Of a stretch of 48,679 bases of DNA, positions 45,795-48,679 are shown piece by piece. The DNA is from a virus. Taxonomy: Duplodnaviria; Caudoviricetes. Position numbers and translations under genes: made by a program. Under the pieces are notes generated by a model. It was given only the letters and a program-made list of their open reading frames with translations, made no database searches and was not told where the DNA came from. The stretch covers positions 1-48,679 of IMG/VR virus record IMGVR_UViG_3300033475_000040; one strand, given 5' to 3'. The stretch's first letter is position 1. Every line of letters starts with the position of its first letter.

Positions 45795-46187
45795 ATGCCT
45801 AAGAGACCAAAAGCTCCAGAAACCCCCGTGCCGCCCAATGCCGGACCAACGTTGGCGGTACTAGCTCACAACCTAAAGCTTTGGATGGAGGAGAAGGGTA
45901 TTGGCCAAAAGAGGGCGGCCGTAGATGCGGGCTTGAACGACACCTACGTCCGCGACATTATCAGAGGAAACTCTCAAAATCCGACGCTATTTAAGCTTTT
46001 GAGTGTTTGCGGCGTGCTTGGTTGCTCCCTTTCTGATCTTTTGAGCGACGCGTCTGACCAGGTAAACGCGTTGCTCAGGGTGAGCCGTTCGCTATCTCCC
46101 GACAACCAAAAAGAGGTCTTGGCCTACGCGACAAAGCTAAAGCGCCTCGAAGACCTCGAAACTGCAGGTCAACAAAAGAAGACCTAA
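45795..46187 (+). CDS. cI: CI-like repressor (XRE HTH, no S24 peptidase domain)
   Basis: NLK.WM...GQKRAAVDAGLNDTYVRDIIRG...NPT...L..VC.VLG; ATG at 45795 lacks an RBS and may be leaderless. Confidence 0.82.
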   Translation: MPKRPKAPETPVPPNAGPTLAVLAHNLKLWMEEKGIGQKRAAVDAGLNDTYVRDIIRGNSQNPTLFKLLSVCGVLGCSLSDLLSDASDQVNALLRVSRSLSPDNQKEVLAYATKLKRLEDLETAGQQKKT

Positions 46188-46300
46188 CCATCTTTGGGCT
46201 TAGGCTTCCGTTTTGGTGGGATGCCGTGGGAAATCCATACAGGCATTACCGGCGGCTTCTCGGGCGGTGGAGCGCCAGGCTCCCGGAAAGTCCTAGTCAC
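46184..46300 (-). CDS. Small Pro/Lys-rich ORF (38 aa) convergent on cI
   Basis: GGAGAG RBS, GTG start, stop overlapping the cI stop. Confidence 0.35.
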   Translation of the reverse strand: MTRTFREPGAPPPEKPPVMPVWISHGIPPKRKPKPKDG

Positions 46301-46532
46301 ACAGTCTCTCCATGGTTTTTATTTTAGCGTTAGAGAGACTCACATTGCTTTCTGGAAAGGAAAAGCTGGATTCCACGCATATAAAGCATGTAAAATCAGC
46401 GCTTTATATAAAGATCAACTTAGGGTATTATTCCAAAATAATTCACCGATCCGTGAATTCTCCCCCTCCTTCACATCTCTACCGCGAAGCGCCGCTCTAT
46501 GGTCCGCAGTCATAACGGCGCCCCAAATAAAA

Positions 46533-46585
46533 TGTGATACATCCCATTTTTTTATTTGACTGTTGGGATTAATCCCATTATCAAT
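46533..46585 (+). promoter_or_regulatory. OL-like region: operators and promoter of the rightward early operon
   Basis: TGTGATACATCCCA (46533-46546); perfect palindrome TGGGATTAATCCCA (46564-46577) in the spacer after TTGACT (46556-46561). Confidence 0.8.
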
Positions 46586-46613
46586 TGTTCCGTACCCAAT
46601 CGGAGCATCCCCC

Positions 46614-46763
46614 ATGCACCCCACCCCGCGCCCCAGTGCGCAGATCATCGACCTAGCCGCCTACCGCGCCACGCACCGCAAGCCGGTCACGGTCCGGTTC
46701 CTGCTGCCGTCCTGGCCGTGGGGCTGGTTCGTGCCGGTGGTGGTTGAGTGGGAGATCGGATGA
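46614..46763 (+). CDS. Small hypothetical protein
   Basis: GGAG RBS; MHPTPRPSAQIIDLAAYR; first gene after the promoter. Confidence 0.55.
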   Translation: MHPTPRPSAQIIDLAAYRATHRKPVTVRFLLPSWPWGWFVPVVVEWEIG

Positions 46764-47161
46764 TGACCTACGAGGTAGAGCGCACAAAGCTGCTGCAAAG
46801 AGCAGGCCGTACACAAGCTGAAGAATTGCTTCCTGCGCCTTTCAAGCTTTGGTTCGGGAGCCATGACACTGGGTGCCAAATGACAATCGTGTGCAAGCAA
46901 GACGGTCATACATTCACCGTATGGTCTGGTTCGATTTGGTATCACGACAGATACGAATTCAACGATAGGGATCGGATCAAGGGACTAAATCCCGAATTCG
47001 AATTCGCGCGTGCTGTGATCGATGCGTACTTCGCCGACGTACAGAATGCGGTGAATGCGTACGACAAGAAGCGCGCTGAGGATTCTGCGGCGACAGAACT
47101 GCGGAATATCAGCGGCAAACATTCGGCGCTCGCGAAGATCAAAGCGCAGGTGTCGCTGTGA
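46760..47161 (+). CDS. Hypothetical protein
   Basis: ATGA-coupled; GGAG RBS. Confidence 0.65.
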   Translation: MMTYEVERTKLLQRAGRTQAEELLPAPFKLWFGSHDTGCQMTIVCKQDGHTFTVWSGSIWYHDRYEFNDRDRIKGLNPEFEFARAVIDAYFADVQNAVNAYDKKRAEDSAATELRNISGKHSALAKIKAQVSL

Positions 47162-47544
47162 TCCCGGCTCTGCGCACCGCCCTAACCCGCGCCCGCAACA
47201 CCTTCGTCGAAGCCGCCATGCAGCGCGCCGACGAACACCGCGACGGATCGCCGCGTTACCGCGCCTGCATGATCAACAACGCAGGCGACGAAGCTGACGT
47301 GCAGTTCGACCAGGCGGTGGCGTTCTTCCGCGCCGTCATGGCGAAGTTCGACCCGGCCGGTAACCACGCCGATCCGATCGGATACGCGCAGGACGAGCTG
47401 GGAATGCATCTGCACGACGAAGAGGGCTTGGATTTTTTCGAGGCTCTCGATCTCACCGAAGCGGTTGCGAATGCCGTTGAGGCTGATTTGCGCGCGGAGA
47501 TCGCGGAGGAAGATTTGGTTAATGAAATTGGAAGGGCTGCTTAA
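47158..47544 (+). CDS. Hypothetical protein
   Basis: GTGA-coupled acidic 128 aa ORF. Confidence 0.65.
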   Translation: MIPALRTALTRARNTFVEAAMQRADEHRDGSPRYRACMINNAGDEADVQFDQAVAFFRAVMAKFDPAGNHADPIGYAQDELGMHLHDEEGLDFFEALDLTEAVANAVEADLRAEIAEEDLVNEIGRAA

Positions 47545-47596
47545 CCGCGAAGCGGAGCCTTGTTTTTACCCAACGTTTAGAAAGGACGTTTAACAA

Positions 47597-47941
47597 ATGA
47601 CGGAAAACCTCATTCAAGCCGGAGCAGCGCAGGGCGATTTGCTCATTGTCCGCTGCGATAGCGTTCCCCAAAACGCGACCCCTGTCGCACATGAAGAGGG
47701 GCGCCTGATCCTCGCGCGCGGTGAAAGCACCGGCCATCACCACTCCTTCGCGGTGGGGCCGCAGATCGCGCTGTTCCGCGATGACGGCGCGGGTTCGAAT
47801 GCTCCGCTTTACTTCACGGCGTCAACGCCAGTCGCCCTTGAACATCAGGAGCACAGCACGATCAATTTTGCCCCTGGCACCTACAAGGTTTTGCGCCAAC
47901 GGACGATGCGCTCAGGTCTCGCTCGTCGCGTGGAGGATTGA
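47597..47941 (+). CDS. His-rich small beta protein, partner of the downstream repeat protein
   Basis: QGDL, LARGESTGHHH, LEHQEH, PGTY.V.RQR and RRVED motifs. Confidence 0.8.
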   Translation: MTENLIQAGAAQGDLLIVRCDSVPQNATPVAHEEGRLILARGESTGHHHSFAVGPQIALFRDDGAGSNAPLYFTASTPVALEHQEHSTINFAPGTYKVLRQRTMRSGLARRVED

Positions 47942-47944
47942 GCC

Positions 47945-48679
47945 GTGGTAAAACGCATCACAAAACTCACGGCCGATCAGACTGCCGCGATGGTTGCGCA
48001 TCGCGACAAGTGGATAGACATTGGCCTGTCCACAGCGCCGGCCGATCGAGCGCGTGCTGAAGCTGCGTATCGCCAATGCTACCGTGCCGCCGGTCTGCGC
48101 GATGATCTGCCGATTGTTTGGGTGGATAGCCCGATGGTTGGCGCTCTTGCCGCTCCTTTTGCAGCTCAATACGTCTCAATTATCAGGGCAATTCCGGATA
48201 TTTCCCGAGCCGTGACGGCTGCGCTCAAGAAGGGTGGTATCACCGCCGTGCGCAGCGCCGTGGGCACCGCCGTGCGCAGCGCCGTGGACAGCGCCGTGTA
48301 CAGCGCCGTGGACAGCGCCGTGGGCAGCGCCGTGGACAGCGCCGTGTACAGCGCCGTGGACAGCGCCGTGTACAGCGCCGTGGACAGCGCCGTGTACAGC
48401 GCCGTGGGCACCGCCGTGCGCAGCGCCGTGGACAGCGCCGTGTACAGCGCCGTGCGCAGCGCCGTGCGCAGCGCCGTGCGCAGCGCCGTGGACAGCGCCG
48501 TGCGCAGCGCCGTGGACAGCGCCGTGTACAGCGCCGTGGACAGCGCCGTGTACAGCGCCGTGGACAGCGCCGTGGACAGCCGCATCAAGCCCTTCTGGCA
48601 CTTCTGGATGGGCGGCTCTCTCTGGTGCTGGTGGGCCTCGTTCGAAACGTTCTTCCGCGAAGAATGTGGCCTGGAACTT
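47945..48679 (+). CDS. DUF6745-like protein with internal (S/T)AVx repeats; partial, runs off the window
   Basis: Not in the ORF track. GGAGGA RBS, GTG at 47945, open to the window end; W..IGLST.PADR.RAE...Y..AGL...IVWVDSP N-terminus. Confidence 0.8.
   Translation, partial: MVKRITKLTADQTAAMVAHRDKWIDIGLSTAPADRARAEAAYRQCYRAAGLRDDLPIVWVDSPMVGALAAPFAAQYVSIIRAIPDISRAVTAALKKGGITAVRSAVGTAVRSAVDSAVYSAVDSAVGSAVDSAVYSAVDSAVYSAVDSAVYSAVGTAVRSAVDSAVYSAVRSAVRSAVRSAVDSAVRSAVDSAVYSAVDSAVYSAVDSAVDSRIKPFWHFWMGGSLWCWWASFETFFREECGLEL
48241..48576 (+). repeat. 28 x 12-bp coding tandem repeat
   Basis: Unit CA(G/C)CGCCGTGNN; encodes (S/T)-A-V-(D/Y/R/G). Confidence 0.97.

Larger units (their letters stand above)
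1..48679. mobile_element. Temperate myovirus-type phage/prophage, truncated at both window ends
   Basis: Continuous lambdoid-style order: immunity, replication, late activator, packaging, head, contractile tail, baseplate, fibres, lysis. No integrase or att site in the window. Confidence 0.95.

Noticed and set aside
48241-48576. CRISPR array or DGR variable region
   Set aside because: Units are 12 bp, contiguous, with no unique spacers, and keep a reading frame. No cas gene, reverse transcriptase or TR/VR pair is in the window, and the variation is not adenine-specific.
48166-48601. Minus-strand ORFs with TALS/HGAV repeats from the ORF track
   Set aside because: Antisense shadows of the repeat. 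The plus-strand frame has an RBS, matches the operon direction and has recognisable flanking domains.
1-48679. tRNA/rRNA genes, integrase, att sites, IS elements, introns or inteins
   Set aside because: None recognised by eye. The HNH genes lie between rather than within core genes, and terL, portal and helicase are of normal length. tRNAscan-SE and Infernal would be needed to exclude RNA genes formally.

Overview
The window is a roughly 48.7 kb piece of one temperate contractile-tailed (myovirus-type) phage or prophage of an alphaproteobacterial host. A GapR/DUF2312 gene supports that host range; an Acetobacteraceae-like host is my guess. No host genes, integrase or att site are visible. Reading leftward on the minus strand from a cI/cro switch at about 45.5-46.6 kb come early regulators, a Dam-like methylase, a VRR-NUC nuclease, Prim-Pol plus a VirE/VapE-type helicase with an iteron origin, accessory genes including a RelA/SpoT-type HD hydrolase, and a late activator. 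These are followed by terminase, portal, MuF, Nudix, protease/scaffold, capsid, neck, sheath/tube, tape measure, baseplate, tail fibres, an O-acyltransferase moron and a lysis-like cluster. The rightward early operon starts at about 46.6 kb and runs off the window. The most notable signals are (1) a 19-residue motif shared by the scaffold, the Nudix hydrolase and a small head-module protein, a candidate capsid cargo-loading signal; (2) a gene missed by the ORF track at the right end with 28 tandem 12-bp repeats that vary at one codon; (3) a -1 frameshift tail chaperone; (4) a tail fibre with an apparent signal peptide facing an acyltransferase; and (5) six HNH-type genes. All family names come from motif recognition by eye; no searches were run.
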